Source: a virus
IMG/VR virus record: IMGVR_UViG_3300042377_000625
Location: 28,344 to 92,343 of that record
Strand: one strand, 5' to 3'
Length of the DNA stretch: 64,000 nt
In this document: one piece after another, positions 8,280 to 19,361 of the stretch
Layout: each line of letters starts with the position of its first letter
Position numbering within the stretch: position 1 is the first letter of the stretch
The notes under the pieces: model-generated
Seen by the model: only the letters and a program-made list of their open reading frames with translations
Database searches by the model: none
What the model was told of the DNA's origin: nothing
Position numbers and translations under genes: made by a program

Positions 8280-9755
8280 TTAATCTAAATACTTCATATT
8301 AACGATTTGAAATTTAACTTGTCGTTTGTATGTATTTATCTCTCCACTACTATCCACCTTAATATCTATATAATACTCGTTAGGTATTTTATCCCTAGTG
8401 TCAAACATAAAATAATATTCGTTTGGCGTCCTGTTGATTTTGGTCCAACCTTGAACCTCAACCTCAGTCTGGCCTTCTCTAACATATACTCTGTAGTGAG
8501 CGTCAACATTTTGTAAAAGTTTTTGAGTTGTGTAAGCTTGTTTAATGACAACACCAACTTTTCTAATATCAGTATTGTATATTTTTTCATCTTGTTTAAT
8601 ACCATAAAAGTCAAACCCATATAATTTAGGGTCGACTGAATTAGTACCAATCTGAATTGAATTTTTTAATGGTTGTATTGTAAACTCATTAAACGATTGG
8701 GGTAATGGGAAACCATTGTAATTTAAGTTGTACCATTTATCAGTAAACATACATGGTGTTTTATAACCAATTATTGGTGGTATAACAATTTCATAAACAC
8801 CTTTAGTTCTTTGACAAGCGGTTAACCCTGTTAATCCAGGAATGTCATTTCCCGATGAATCCATAATAGTAACACTTGGATTATTGTCTAAATTGATTGG
8901 GTTACCGTTATCAAACAAGTACAAATAAAGTTTGTTTGTTCTACCTAAAGAAAATAAGTTTCTATCATCTTCAATAAGGTCATTATAGTTTGTTTCTAAA
9001 AATGGTTCGTAAAATGTTTGAGTATGTCTTGTAAAAAATTGAGTTTCATAGGTATCAGTAAGACCTGATAAGTTTTCGACCTGAGGTTTGTAAGCAATTC
9101 CCCATCCTGTGACATTAGTTAATGAACCATCAATAATTGAATTAATTTCACTAGTCATGTCAAAACTAACGTTCTCATTACCAAATTCAAAATGTTGTGT
9201 GTCAACGATAGTTAATGAGCTAAAAGGAACAACCCCACTGTTTAAGTTATTGTAGACACCAGGCTCAGTCCAAACACCAATTGTCGTTGTTTGAAACCAA
9301 TTCGAGGGTCTATCAGAAAAAGATTTGTCCGTATCACTATATTCATAAACTAAATCAGCAAAATCATAACCAACACCTTCATCCCAAATCTGTGGGTTTA
9401 GTGGGTTGTTATTAATGTATGGGATTCTGAATAAAATTAAATCAAATGACGTGGCTCTTTTTCTACCTTGAGATGTTGAGGTGTTTAATAACTCAATATC
9501 AAAGGTTGAGGTATTCACCATTCTTAAAGTGTGAACAATTGTGTCGTTACAAGTTGTAGAAATTGTACCGTCATTTATCTTCTGAAATAGTAATGAAAGG
9601 TCTAAATCGAATATGAATCTACTATACCCACTAGGATATTGAGACACTGCGGTAGAACCATAAAACAATTCCGTAACTGGGTTTCTACCAGTATTGGTGA
9701 AACTGTTGGATATGATAGTATTGTTCTTACTAAAGTAGGAGTTATTAATTGACAT
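8280..9755 (-). CDS. Putative baseplate/tail structural protein
   Basis: Beta-rich 491 aa next to the spike gene; late motif at 9770-9777. Confidence 0.5.
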   Translation of the reverse strand: MSINNSYFSKNNTIISNSFTNTGRNPVTELFYGSTAVSQYPSGYSRFIFDLDLSLLFQKINDGTISTTCNDTIVHTLRMVNTSTFDIELLNTSTSQGRKRATSFDLILFRIPYINNNPLNPQIWDEGVGYDFADLVYEYSDTDKSFSDRPSNWFQTTTIGVWTEPGVYNNLNSGVVPFSSLTIVDTQHFEFGNENVSFDMTSEINSIIDGSLTNVTGWGIAYKPQVENLSGLTDTYETQFFTRHTQTFYEPFLETNYNDLIEDDRNLFSLGRTNKLYLYLFDNGNPINLDNNPSVTIMDSSGNDIPGLTGLTACQRTKGVYEIVIPPIIGYKTPCMFTDKWYNLNYNGFPLPQSFNEFTIQPLKNSIQIGTNSVDPKLYGFDFYGIKQDEKIYNTDIRKVGVVIKQAYTTQKLLQNVDAHYRVYVREGQTEVEVQGWTKINRTPNEYYFMFDTRDKIPNEYYIDIKVDSSGEINTYKRQVKFQIVNMKYLD

Positions 9756-9777
9756 TTAAGTGTTTTACTTATAAATA

Positions 9778-11358
9778 TCAATTAATTCGGATATTTTGAT
9801 TTAGGATGGTATTTTCTGCGTCAGCAAGAATTGCATTAATTTCTGCGGAGGTTTGTCCGTTACCTGCGGCAACAGGAATAGGTGGTGCCGTAGCCACAGG
9901 ATGTACGTGACCAGTAACAAATGAAAATATTTTTCTAAGTAGTTTCATTAACTCATCACCTCTTGTTGTTGGGTATGTCTTATTAAAAATACTACTTTCG
10001 TCACCAATAAATTTATCTTGTGGTATACCATATAAAGTTTGACTTAAACTAATCTTACCTTTAGGTCCTGTAGAGTCTTGAGATAGTAAATAAATTTTTT
10101 GAGCTCCTAAGACACCATAAGTGACATCTGAAGGTACAAACTCGGATGGAGTAACTGTTTCAGTTTTAATATCCCCTTGAGGTCCAATAAGTGCAGTTCC
10201 ATTTTTGTTTTCCCAAACTAAAAACCACCCACTATTAACTAACCCCATATTTAATTTAATTTTACTATAAAAATTAACATAATTAGTTAGTTCCGCAACA
10301 TCATTTACAACTTGTGATGGTGAGAATTTAACACCTTTTTCATAAGTTAATTTTGATGGGGTAACAACAAATGGAAATATTTGGTCTTGAGGTATATTAC
10401 GTAATTGGTTGTTAACAACATAATTAGGTAAATCAATAAATTTTTTAAAAACTCCATCACTAAATTTATTAATTAAAGTTAATGATTCGTTAAAACTTTT
10501 GGCGGTAAATTTTACTTCCTCAATAGGGCCACTATAATCGGTACCAACACTTAAGTTAAGGATAGTGTCGGACTTAAAATTTTTACTGTTAACTTTCTGA
10601 CTTGGTATTACATTGTATAATCCAACAGACCCATTAAAAACATTTTGAGTGTTTTCTAAATTTTCAATATCCCAGATTATTATTTTTTTAACTACCTTTA
10701 CATTTTCAACTAATCTAGCTTGACTTTCTTGGGGTAATAAAACTTTTTGTTGGGTAAAATTTGAAAGTTGTAAGAATGACCTCATCGCATTTCCAACAGG
10801 TAATTGTGTTGTACTTAATACTTTTGTTTTACCCGCTCTAATTAAAACCTCATTTTCTTTAACAACTACATCGGCGGAACCACGTCCTAACAATGCGTTA
10901 TCACCAGGTTCGGGAAATACACCATAACTATCTTTGTTACGATATTGCCCATCACTATTTTTAATCGAAATACCTTGTTTAATTCTATCTCCCGCAGCTA
11001 AAAATTTCTTAGCGCCTTGATAATACTCAAAAGGTGTTGTCATTGGTGACGAAAACGGTCCTTGAATATAAAATTGACTTTGGAAATTAAATTTTTTATT
11101 TTGATATATAATATGTACGTACTCGTCTTTTTTCGGTACTTGGCTAAAATAAAAAGGTAGTAATGGTAAAAAAATTAACGGGTCTTTAGAAGTCCATTTA
11201 TCTATTTCCTCATTCCAATCAGGAACTGAAGCTAAAATATCACTATATGTTTGTGTTTCAGGTATTACTCTAAGTCTACCTAACATCATCGGGTCTTGGT
11301 TATCGTAAACGATACCAGGAAATATAATTTGATACTTATTAGATTGGTCTATTTTCAT
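9778..11358 (-). CDS. Baseplate central spike (gp5/VgrG/gpV-like OB fold)
   Basis: [17 protein letters not shown]...[12 protein letters not shown]-fold signature; C-terminal HVHP (HxH) tip motif. Confidence 0.75.
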   Translation of the reverse strand: MKIDQSNKYQIIFPGIVYDNQDPMMLGRLRVIPETQTYSDILASVPDWNEEIDKWTSKDPLIFLPLLPFYFSQVPKKDEYVHIIYQNKKFNFQSQFYIQGPFSSPMTTPFEYYQGAKKFLAAGDRIKQGISIKNSDGQYRNKDSYGVFPEPGDNALLGRGSADVVVKENEVLIRAGKTKVLSTTQLPVGNAMRSFLQLSNFTQQKVLLPQESQARLVENVKVVKKIIIWDIENLENTQNVFNGSVGLYNVIPSQKVNSKNFKSDTILNLSVGTDYSGPIEEVKFTAKSFNESLTLINKFSDGVFKKFIDLPNYVVNNQLRNIPQDQIFPFVVTPSKLTYEKGVKFSPSQVVNDVAELTNYVNFYSKIKLNMGLVNSGWFLVWENKNGTALIGPQGDIKTETVTPSEFVPSDVTYGVLGAQKIYLLSQDSTGPKGKISLSQTLYGIPQDKFIGDESSIFNKTYPTTRGDELMKLLRKIFSFVTGHVHPVATAPPIPVAAGNGQTSAEINAILADAENTILNQNIRIN

Positions 11359-11570
11359 TATTTAATAGTTCTGTTTTGATATTCTTTAAGAATAGTATTG
11401 TAAGTTAATTCTAATTTATCTAAATGTTCGGTCATTTTAATGACCGCATCTTTGGTAAATTTAAAATCTTCCTGAATAAAATCCATAACAAAAGTCAAAT
11501 CTTTATTTGAGTGTGATTTGTAGTCTTTTATTATTTTTACGGCTTTTTCCGATTGTTCTTTTTTTGTCAT
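11358..11570 (-). CDS. Small hypothetical coiled-coil protein
   Basis: 70-aa ORF translationally coupled within the operon. Confidence 0.65.
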   Translation of the reverse strand: MTKKEQSEKAVKIIKDYKSHSNKDLTFVMDFIQEDFKFTKDAVIKMTEHLDKLELTYNTILKEYQNRTIK

Positions 11571-11572
11571 AA

Positions 11573-13480
11573 TTACATTTTTTTACCGAAAGCACTCGAA
11601 GGAACTGTCAGACCTGCTGGTGTCATTGTTAATGGTGGTATTGCAATTTGTACCTTACCATTTTCAGCCTCTTCCGATGACATAGATTTCATTTGCCCTA
11701 ACATTTTTAGAACATCTAAATTAGGACTTCCATCTGGCATTGTACCTGTTGGGATACCAAGTTTTTGCATTTCCTCAATAGCTCCAATAAACGCACGAGA
11801 TTCAGAATATCCATCCATAAATTGAGATGCAAATAATAGAGGTAATGGTATTTCACCACCCCATCCAGAAGTCGCAATCTTTAACAATGATAGAATTTCA
11901 TCAATAACACTCTTACATTTACGCCAATCCGATATAAACTGAGCCACAACAATTATAAGTTGGATTAACTTTAAAATCATAATAATTCTTTTATCCATTT
12001 TTTCTCTAGCAACATCTTGAATTACTGATTGGATTAAATTTAAAATATCTTTTTTAATTATTTCAAAAAGTTCCTTAACAAATAAAGCTCCTATTTTTGA
12101 CATTAAGTTTATAAAAAACTTTTTAAATGTTTTCATGAAAGCGACGAATGAGTTAACACCATCAACAAATGTTTGACCTAATGATTTTAACATTACAAAT
12201 ATTGGTAATAATACTTTTGGAGATAGTAACGACGCGGCAATTCCTTGAACGATTAATTTAAGGAAGTTTAAATCTACCGTGGCTTTAATATTCCCCTCAA
12301 TAGCAAAACCTTGCCATTCAGGATTGTTAATTAATGTTTGAGTTAATGCGTCAGCAGCATCGACTAAATCCTTATCCTCAATAAAATTTAATGTACCTAA
12401 ATCATTTAGAATGTCATCATAATTAACGGGTAATTTAACATTACCACAATCCTCAAATTCAATCACACCATTTTTAATGTTAGTTACTCTTTGGTCAATA
12501 TTACGTAAATCAATATCTGTGAATTCAAAAAACGACTCATCAATATCATCGAGTTCGGCTAATTTTGCAATACCACTAACATCGATTTCTTTTTTATTAT
12601 CAAAACATAAACCTAAAACCCTTTGGATGATTAACATAAGTTTATTAGTGTCTTCGGCTTGAGCTACTCCAACATTTGCACTAATAGATATGGCTCCACT
12701 TAATGACTCCATAATATTTGCCATAATATTTGTGAACTCAACAACTTTAGTTGTTCTATAATAATCGGCTAAAAAAGTACCAACTTTATTAATATTGTTT
12801 GCTCTATTAGGTAGAGTTACCTTAAACCACGGACCAGTTTCTCCTAAGTTATTTGTGTCAACGTATTGAATATCAAATAACGCTTGTCCTGATTGACCAA
12901 TATATTGTTGACCGTTGTCAGTTGAGTAAGGTTGACCACTTTGAATTCTTTGATACAACTCTTTGTTCATTGAGAATGGATAAAGTTGTACGTTAACAGG
13001 ATTTCTTTCGTATAAGACTTTACCTTCTTTACTTGACGGGTCTTTTTTTAATAGGTTAATCAAGTCTATTGAACTTACTTTAACATACACCACCTGAGCC
13101 GCATATGTTTGTTGTTGGTCACAACCAACCGCATTTATTGCTTCTTCCATAAGAAGCTCAATAATTTTAGGTTCAATATTCTTAATAACCCTAATTAATG
13201 TTTTTTTAACGTAACTAATTGAACTACCTCCCTTACCACCAGTAAGATTATTAATATCTAGTAATTGTTCAAATTGATTTTTGATTTCCCTTTGAAATCT
13301 TTTAGTCTGTTCTTTGACTTTATCTATAGACTCAGTAACGTTTTGTTTGGCAGTATCAAAAGACTCTCCAGCTTTTTTAGAAGTGTCATCATATTGAGTT
13401 TTTAAATCCTTATATGTGGTGGTCGCCGCAATCTTTTTTTGTGCGTCTTTATAATCAAGACCTAAATCTAATGATGCCAT
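11573..13480 (-). CDS. Large helical hypothetical protein, probably baseplate/virion
   Basis: 635-aa ORF in the operon with the spike gene. Confidence 0.55.
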   Translation of the reverse strand: MASLDLGLDYKDAQKKIAATTTYKDLKTQYDDTSKKAGESFDTAKQNVTESIDKVKEQTKRFQREIKNQFEQLLDINNLTGGKGGSSISYVKKTLIRVIKNIEPKIIELLMEEAINAVGCDQQQTYAAQVVYVKVSSIDLINLLKKDPSSKEGKVLYERNPVNVQLYPFSMNKELYQRIQSGQPYSTDNGQQYIGQSGQALFDIQYVDTNNLGETGPWFKVTLPNRANNINKVGTFLADYYRTTKVVEFTNIMANIMESLSGAISISANVGVAQAEDTNKLMLIIQRVLGLCFDNKKEIDVSGIAKLAELDDIDESFFEFTDIDLRNIDQRVTNIKNGVIEFEDCGNVKLPVNYDDILNDLGTLNFIEDKDLVDAADALTQTLINNPEWQGFAIEGNIKATVDLNFLKLIVQGIAASLLSPKVLLPIFVMLKSLGQTFVDGVNSFVAFMKTFKKFFINLMSKIGALFVKELFEIIKKDILNLIQSVIQDVAREKMDKRIIMILKLIQLIIVVAQFISDWRKCKSVIDEILSLLKIATSGWGGEIPLPLLFASQFMDGYSESRAFIGAIEEMQKLGIPTGTMPDGSPNLDVLKMLGQMKSMSSEEAENGKVQIAIPPLTMTPAGLTVPSSAFGKKM

Positions 13481-13485
13481 TTTAG

Positions 13486-13863
13486 TTAGTTTTTCATTTT
13501 GTAAGACCCGTCAGGTTTAGACGCGTCTTTTAGTATTAAATTTTCTAATAAATCATCATCCACACCTAAATCAGTAATTGAGAAACTACCACTTCCTGCG
13601 GTATTAGATTTTTCCCACATAGTAGATTGCAGTTTAGATAATGTTAATTTCTTTTCAACACAATCGTTAATGATTTTTTGTTGCTTTTCAATAACAGGAC
13701 CTATTAGAGTCATATCTTCAGGTTCTTTCATCATTGTCAACATTTTATTTTGTATTCTAATCGCAGTGTTTCTTTGTTCAACAAGTTCATTATAGATTTC
13801 TTGCATCAAAGATAACATCGACTCTTTAGTTAAATTAATTTCTTTTTTTTGTGGTCTTCCCAT
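13486..13863 (-). CDS. Hypothetical protein
   Basis: 125-aa ORF with TATTTATT just upstream (13867-13874). Confidence 0.65.
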   Translation of the reverse strand: MGRPQKKEINLTKESMLSLMQEIYNELVEQRNTAIRIQNKMLTMMKEPEDMTLIGPVIEKQQKIINDCVEKKLTLSKLQSTMWEKSNTAGSGSFSITDLGVDDDLLENLILKDASKPDGSYKMKN

Positions 13864-13888
13864 TACAATAAATATTAACTATAAAATT

Positions 13889-14638
13889 TTATTTAACCAT
13901 ATTCTCCACTAAAGTATAATACATTGTTTTGTATTTCTTCATTGACCCCCTAATTTCTTTGGTTGACAAATTAGTCATTTCCCTTAATGAGAGTAGTATA
14001 ATATTTTTATTAAATTTATTATTATCGTTACCGATAAAAATAGATTCATAATTCTCAAAAAGGTCATGTAACGCATGACCTAGTTTGATTTCGTTTTCCG
14101 ATAAACTCTCATTTTCTAGCAAATTATCTAACTCAAGTAAAAAGTTTTTAATTACTTTTTCTGAATCAATACCTTCTTTTTCTATACTGTAAGAAAAGTT
14201 AGGGTTATTTTCTATACTCGTTGAGATATCTTCATATGATATTTTTCGGTTAGTTTCTTTTTGGTCCTTAATAATTTGACCCATAAGATAATTCTTACAG
14301 ATTGTACCAAAATATGAATAAGCTTTTTTCTCTCTAGAGGGTTTAAACTTTTCAATTTTTGTCATTAAGAATGAGTGAGTGTCTACATGTATCTCCGTAA
14401 AGTCCATGTCTTTTCTATATAATTTGTATCTTCGAATTATCGAAGATATCATCTTATCTAAAGGTTTTTTTAAAAAATCATTATAAATTTTATTTCGTTC
14501 TTCGTAGGAGGTTGATTCTAAAAATCTAACAACGGCCTGCTCTTCGGGAACATCAAAATAATTTAATTGTGTTGGTTTTCTACCTTTCTTTTTTAACTCA
14601 ACATTGGTGTTTCCTGTTAAATTAATAATTTCTGTCAT
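13889..14638 (-). CDS. Putative late-transcription sigma factor (gp55-like)
   Basis: KIEKFKPSREKKAYSYFGTICKNYL resembles the sigma region 2 / gp55 'FDP...AYFT.I' motif. Confidence 0.6.
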   Translation of the reverse strand: MTEIINLTGNTNVELKKKGRKPTQLNYFDVPEEQAVVRFLESTSYEERNKIYNDFLKKPLDKMISSIIRRYKLYRKDMDFTEIHVDTHSFLMTKIEKFKPSREKKAYSYFGTICKNYLMGQIIKDQKETNRKISYEDISTSIENNPNFSYSIEKEGIDSEKVIKNFLLELDNLLENESLSENEIKLGHALHDLFENYESIFIGNDNNKFNKNIILLSLREMTNLSTKEIRGSMKKYKTMYYTLVENMVK

Positions 14639-15450
14639 TAAACTGTTTGGGGTTCATACTTTATGGCCCTGTCGTTAATAAAAAAGTATTCTTTTTTGGC
14701 CGAGTCAATCCAAAATCTTACTTCACCTTCCGTTAATCTATCGTCACCATTTTTATAATTCCAAAAAATAGACCCGTCTCTCAAGTTAACATGTTTATAC
14801 CCAATCTTAGGTATTGACATAATCTTAACTGAGTTATGTGTCATTCTTAAGAAAAATTCATATCCAAATGTTAATTTGAATGATGGTTTAATTAAACCAA
14901 AATCAATAAAAGATGATGTTTTAATAACCATACCTGAAGTTTGAAAATTCTGATATTCTAATAAAGTTTCATGAGTTAAAATACCCATTTCTGGTGTGAA
15001 GTTTGCTGCGAATGTTGCCTCATTTGTAAATCCTGCAAATTTACCTGTTTGGTCTGTATCAACAACGATAGGTAAGAATGCGTCAACATCAGGATATGAG
15101 TTAGCGTAGACCTCAACGTTTTTAAACCAAATACTTGAATACTCATCGTCAAACTCAAATAGAGAAACCCATTTAGATTTTGCCGACCTCACACCATGAT
15201 TTATTTGTGATGCGTAGTTAGCGTCTTTTGTCCACGCAACTTTAACTACATTTAAAGTACCAAAATCAAATTGATTTAAGTAATCTACAATATGTGTTTC
15301 GTTAGTGTGAACTATAATTAATTCATTGATACCAACTTTTTGATTTTTTAATGACTCAATACATTTTTCAAAATATTCAGTAAATCCGTTTGCTTTTCCT
15401 GACTTAATTGGTAAAATAACCGATACGTCAAATTTTTGTGTGTTTTCCAT
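14638..15450 (-). CDS. Glycosyltransferase, GT2-like
   Basis: VSVILPI..., KWVSLFEFDDEY (DxD-like). Confidence 0.75.
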   Translation of the reverse strand: MENTQKFDVSVILPIKSGKANGFTEYFEKCIESLKNQKVGINELIIVHTNETHIVDYLNQFDFGTLNVVKVAWTKDANYASQINHGVRSAKSKWVSLFEFDDEYSSIWFKNVEVYANSYPDVDAFLPIVVDTDQTGKFAGFTNEATFAANFTPEMGILTHETLLEYQNFQTSGMVIKTSSFIDFGLIKPSFKLTFGYEFFLRMTHNSVKIMSIPKIGYKHVNLRDGSIFWNYKNGDDRLTEGEVRFWIDSAKKEYFFINDRAIKYEPQTV

Positions 15451-15451
15451 A

Positions 15452-16516
15452 TTACTCTTCGATAGTTTCTAGTTTAGTTAATTGTTCTTGAAATGAGGCA
15501 AATCTTGTGTTAATATAATCAGTAAATAATTTTACCGAAACCTCATTGAATTCTTTTTTTGTTGGTAAATTCTCAACTGTTTTAATCATTTCCTCATATA
15601 AATTAGGGTTAACATTGTCCTCCAACCAATTTTGTAAGAAGTCAGCAACAAAATCAACCATTTGATTTTTATTGTTAATCCATATACCATTATCCTCTGA
15701 CATCCAAGATGGTAGTAAGTTTGGTGTTAAACCTAAAACAGGTACCCCGCAAGTCATTGATTCTAATGGGAATGTACCATAAGCACTTGTTTCATCAATC
15801 CATACAGATAAGAAACTTTCTTTTAATGATTTAGAAAATTCTTCTTCGGATAAACCTCTCATATCTCTAAAAGTGACCCATCTATATTGAGGGAATTTTA
15901 TGTAGAAAGATTTAATTAAATTAACCGAATCTCTTTGGTCTCTTGAATGGACTGCAACAATTGGTTTTGGTGGTAATGTTTGTTTGGTGAATGATTCCGA
16001 AATGAATGGTTTTAAAACATCATAAGAAATACCTTTCATTAAGTTTTCTAAAAACTCCATTTGGGTTTCTGATGTAGTAATACATTTGTAAAACCCTAAT
16101 TGTGACCAAGATTGACCTGGTTGTAATGTTTCCAATACGTGGTCATAAGCTTGACATAACACAATTTTACCACAAGGTAATTTAGCGATTTGACTCATTA
16201 CAAATCCGTATAATTCAGGGATAACAATAAAATCTTCAGGTGAAACCTCTAAGTTTTGACCTTCGATAGATTTATGAGGTAATGATGTCATGTATGATTC
16301 ACCTAACCATCCTGATACTCCTGTATAATCAGGTTTCTCATGTAAAATGATTGGGTTATATCCTTCGTTTAATAATGCCATTCCTAAATTATAAATGTAG
16401 GCGATTGATGCTTTGGCATTACCCTTAGTATCCTGAACTAAAAGATAGATTCTTGATTTCTTATCTTTCATGTTTTGAACTGACTGTTCTAATTTTGAAA
16501 TTTGTTCTTTATTCAT
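15452..16516 (-). CDS. Glycosyltransferase, GT-B/GT4-like
   Basis: SAYGTFPLESMTCGVPVLG donor-binding motif. Confidence 0.65.
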   Translation of the reverse strand: MNKEQISKLEQSVQNMKDKKSRIYLLVQDTKGNAKASIAYIYNLGMALLNEGYNPIILHEKPDYTGVSGWLGESYMTSLPHKSIEGQNLEVSPEDFIVIPELYGFVMSQIAKLPCGKIVLCQAYDHVLETLQPGQSWSQLGFYKCITTSETQMEFLENLMKGISYDVLKPFISESFTKQTLPPKPIVAVHSRDQRDSVNLIKSFYIKFPQYRWVTFRDMRGLSEEEFSKSLKESFLSVWIDETSAYGTFPLESMTCGVPVLGLTPNLLPSWMSEDNGIWINNKNQMVDFVADFLQNWLEDNVNPNLYEEMIKTVENLPTKKEFNEVSVKLFTDYINTRFASFQEQLTKLETIEE

Positions 16517-16520
16517 TGTA

Positions 16521-16796
16521 TTAGTATTTATTTAGTAATTTTTTATTTAAAAGTGTGTTAAAGGCTAATTTAAATGGAATTGTAATCTCTGACCCTTTAC
16601 CTGCTAAAGTTTCGTCGACTTCATCTCCATCATCCATAATAACATCTAACATGAGTTTAATCGTTTCGTATTTTACGATATTAATTTGTGTACTATCGGT
16701 TTCACCCGAAGAAGATGACGGCTCTTGTTTTATTTGGATATATTCGTCAATCTTATCTAAATCCAAATAGTAATGTTCTCCTAATATTTTTAACAT
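16521..16796 (-). CDS. Hypothetical protein
   Basis: 91-aa ORF coupled to the upstream gene. Confidence 0.65.
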   Translation of the reverse strand: MLKILGEHYYLDLDKIDEYIQIKQEPSSSSGETDSTQINIVKYETIKLMLDVIMDDGDEVDETLAGKGSEITIPFKLAFNTLLNKKLLNKY

Positions 16797-17392
16797 TATA
16801 AAATAATTTTTAATTTATCTTCCAATTCTTTGATTGTGTTTATTGTGTATTCCGATTCAACATTATTGTTATAAATTGTTTCATATTTAATTAATGTTTT
16901 ATCTGATGGATGGTCTAATAATAGTGCGGGATTTGCGGTAAGTAAAACATCAATTTCATCCCACATAGAGTTAATTGTTAAATTACTATAGAATTTTACC
17001 TTTTCAAATTCGCATCCAAATTTAGATAAGAAAAATAATGAAGCGGGTTTTGATTTATTAATTTCGTCAGAAATAATAATTAAATCATGTTCATTTCTTA
17101 ATTTTAAGTAGATTTCATTTAAATCGTTAAATGTTGAGTATTCTGCTGATTGAGCATGTCCAAAAATTTCCATAGGAAATTCTTCATACAAGAATGAGTA
17201 TAACTCCTCATCATTTTCAAAACTAAAATGTTTTTTTAAATCAAGACTATCAACAGGTGTTGTTATCTCGTAATTGAAGGTGTTTTCTTCCTCAATACCG
17301 TCAGTCTTATCAATCATGAATTTTTGATAAGTTTGTTCTATTTTGTCTAAAGTGTTTCGTAGAACACCATTAATTTCTATACCTATTCTCAT
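16796..17392 (-). CDS. HAD-fold 5'(3')-deoxyribonucleotidase-like protein with degenerate catalytic motifs
   Basis: RIGIEINGVL in place of IGIDIDGVL; DVLLTAN in place of DxLIDD. Confidence 0.55.
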   Translation of the reverse strand: MRIGIEINGVLRNTLDKIEQTYQKFMIDKTDGIEEENTFNYEITTPVDSLDLKKHFSFENDEELYSFLYEEFPMEIFGHAQSAEYSTFNDLNEIYLKLRNEHDLIIISDEINKSKPASLFFLSKFGCEFEKVKFYSNLTINSMWDEIDVLLTANPALLLDHPSDKTLIKYETIYNNNVESEYTINTIKELEDKLKIIL

Positions 17393-17410
17393 ATACGTAA
17401 AAAAATATGT

Positions 17411-17456
17411 AAAAAACCCAATAAGTAAATTAAATTGAATTTATACTTATTGGGTT
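17411..17456 (-). terminator. Probable terminator after phoH
   Basis: AACCCAATAAGTA...TACTTATTGGGTT inverted repeat with an A run. Confidence 0.6.
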
Positions 17457-17466
17457 CGTAATTATT

Positions 17467-18204
17467 TTAGTTTTCGTATCTTTTTAGGATTTTACTAATT
17501 AATGGGTTTCTAACCACATCTTCAGGTTTGAATTCGAATGTTCCAATATCATCCATATTTTGAAACTTTTGTAGTGCGTCCCACAACCCTGTCTGAGTTT
17601 TATCTTTATGTCGGTCAAATTGTTCTAAGTCACCTGAAAGGAAGAATTTAGAATTAAACCCAATCCTTGTTAATAATAATTTCATTTGACTTGGTGTTGA
17701 GTTCTGAGCCTCCTCGAATAGTAGAATTGAATTGTCGATGTTCATACCTCTCATGTAGGCCAATGCAAAAACTTCGATAGCTTCAATCTCTTTTAATTTT
17801 TCTCTCGCTTCTTTACCAATAATCTTATTTAATAAATAATACGATGGGAAAATGTAAGGGTCTAATTTCTCTTCAACATTACCAGGGAGTGAACCTAATT
17901 TTTCTTCGGCCTCAACTGCGGGTCTTACAATAATGATTTTTTCATAAGGTGTTGTAGGGTCTGCGAGTAAATCTACCGCCGCTTTCATCGCTATGTAACT
18001 TTTACCAACACCTGCAGGTCCTGAACAAATGGTAATTTGACTATTAGTTAAAATGTCATAATACTTTCTTTGACTTTCCGAAAGAAACTTCTCTTTAGAT
18101 TTTTTCTTTATGATTTGTGATATTAATTCTTTTTTTGTTAGTCTTGGTTTGTACTCATCAACTGGTTTTGGTGGTACTGTACTTCTTTTTTTTCTTTCTG
18201 TCAT
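17467..18204 (-). CDS. phoH: PhoH-like ATPase
   Basis: GPAGVGKS, RPAVEAEEKLGSLPG, AYMRG, EEAQN, SGDLEQ, DVVRNPL. Confidence 0.95.
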   Translation of the reverse strand: MTERKKRSTVPPKPVDEYKPRLTKKELISQIIKKKSKEKFLSESQRKYYDILTNSQITICSGPAGVGKSYIAMKAAVDLLADPTTPYEKIIIVRPAVEAEEKLGSLPGNVEEKLDPYIFPSYYLLNKIIGKEAREKLKEIEAIEVFALAYMRGMNIDNSILLFEEAQNSTPSQMKLLLTRIGFNSKFFLSGDLEQFDRHKDKTQTGLWDALQKFQNMDDIGTFEFKPEDVVRNPLISKILKRYEN

Positions 18205-18263
18205 GTTAAAAACTTAAATGTTAATTGTTTTTTAAAATATACTTTAGTTACTGTTTATGTAAA

Positions 18264-18974
18264 TCAATTTCTTTCAAATCCTTCTTCATCATGGTGACAG
18301 GTTATTGAGTTAATTAAATAACTTTTTAAGTTATTTTTTAATATATGTTCTCTACATCTATTCCATAATTCACCATCAGAGGGTAACCCAACAACCCCTG
18401 TTTCATCAAATAAATCACGATATTTAAATGGTATTGTATTAAAATTCATACATACTGAAGAATGGATTAATGTCGCATAACTTGGTAGAAAATTAATATA
18501 ATGATTTTCGATACCAATTATTTTTGGCATAGTTTTTTCTGGTGACAAGTAAGTTGACTTAGTACAAACCCAATCGGCGTTTGTATTTAATAGACATTTA
18601 TTAATTACTTCTAAATGATTTGGTTCCCATACGTCGTCATGGTCCAAATGACAAATATAATAGTTTCCATCGTCTAATGATTTATCAATTCCGTAGTTAA
18701 CCGCGTTAACACCACCGTAAGACCAAAGAGCATACCCTTTACCATAACGGTCCCTTTCTTTAGCAAACGGGAGGTTTTCAAAATAGAGTTTATCTTTATC
18801 GTAACTTTTACATATGTTAATAAACTCTTCATTATCTTCGTACTTGTCTCCAATAACGTAAACTTTAAAATCTTCATGAGTTTGATTAAAAACACAATCT
18901 AACGCTCTTTTTAAGTAAAAAGGTGTTGAGTTATCTGTTCTTTGGTATGTTGATATTATAATTGATAGTTTCAT
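18264..18974 (-). CDS. Glycosyltransferase family 2
   Basis: LSIIISTY, YICHLDHDDVWEPNHL. Confidence 0.85.
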   Translation of the reverse strand: MKLSIIISTYQRTDNSTPFYLKRALDCVFNQTHEDFKVYVIGDKYEDNEEFINICKSYDKDKLYFENLPFAKERDRYGKGYALWSYGGVNAVNYGIDKSLDDGNYYICHLDHDDVWEPNHLEVINKCLLNTNADWVCTKSTYLSPEKTMPKIIGIENHYINFLPSYATLIHSSVCMNFNTIPFKYRDLFDETGVVGLPSDGELWNRCREHILKNNLKSYLINSITCHHDEEGFERN

Positions 18975-18992
18975 GATTATTTAGTTTTTACT

Positions 18993-19361
18993 TTATTTTT
19001 TTAAAACTATCGCATTACCATCAATAATTTCTACATCGTCTCTTATTATTTTTGTTTTTAAAAAATACTTATTATTTTCTTTTTTGTCTAACTCAATCAC
19101 AATTTCAATCTCATCATTAATGTAACAAGGGTTTTTAAAATTTAAATCTTGTTTTAAATATATTGAACCTTCACCAGGGTAATAGGTTGCAATTATCTTA
19201 GAAAAAAAGGAAGATAATAACATTCCATGTGCAATTCTTTTTCCAAATATACTATTTTTGGAATACTCATCATCTAAGTGGATTGGATTTTTATCTCCAG
19301 ACAGTTCGGAAAAATCCCTCACCATTTTATCTGTTATAGTTATTTTTTCAGAAACTCGCAT
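18993..19361 (-). CDS. MaoC-like (R)-specific enoyl-CoA hydratase
   Basis: FSELSGDKNPIHLD...FGKRIAHGML...PGEGSIYLKQDLNF. Confidence 0.9.
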   Translation of the reverse strand: MRVSEKITITDKMVRDFSELSGDKNPIHLDDEYSKNSIFGKRIAHGMLLSSFFSKIIATYYPGEGSIYLKQDLNFKNPCYINDEIEIVIELDKKENNKYFLKTKIIRDDVEIIDGNAIVLKK

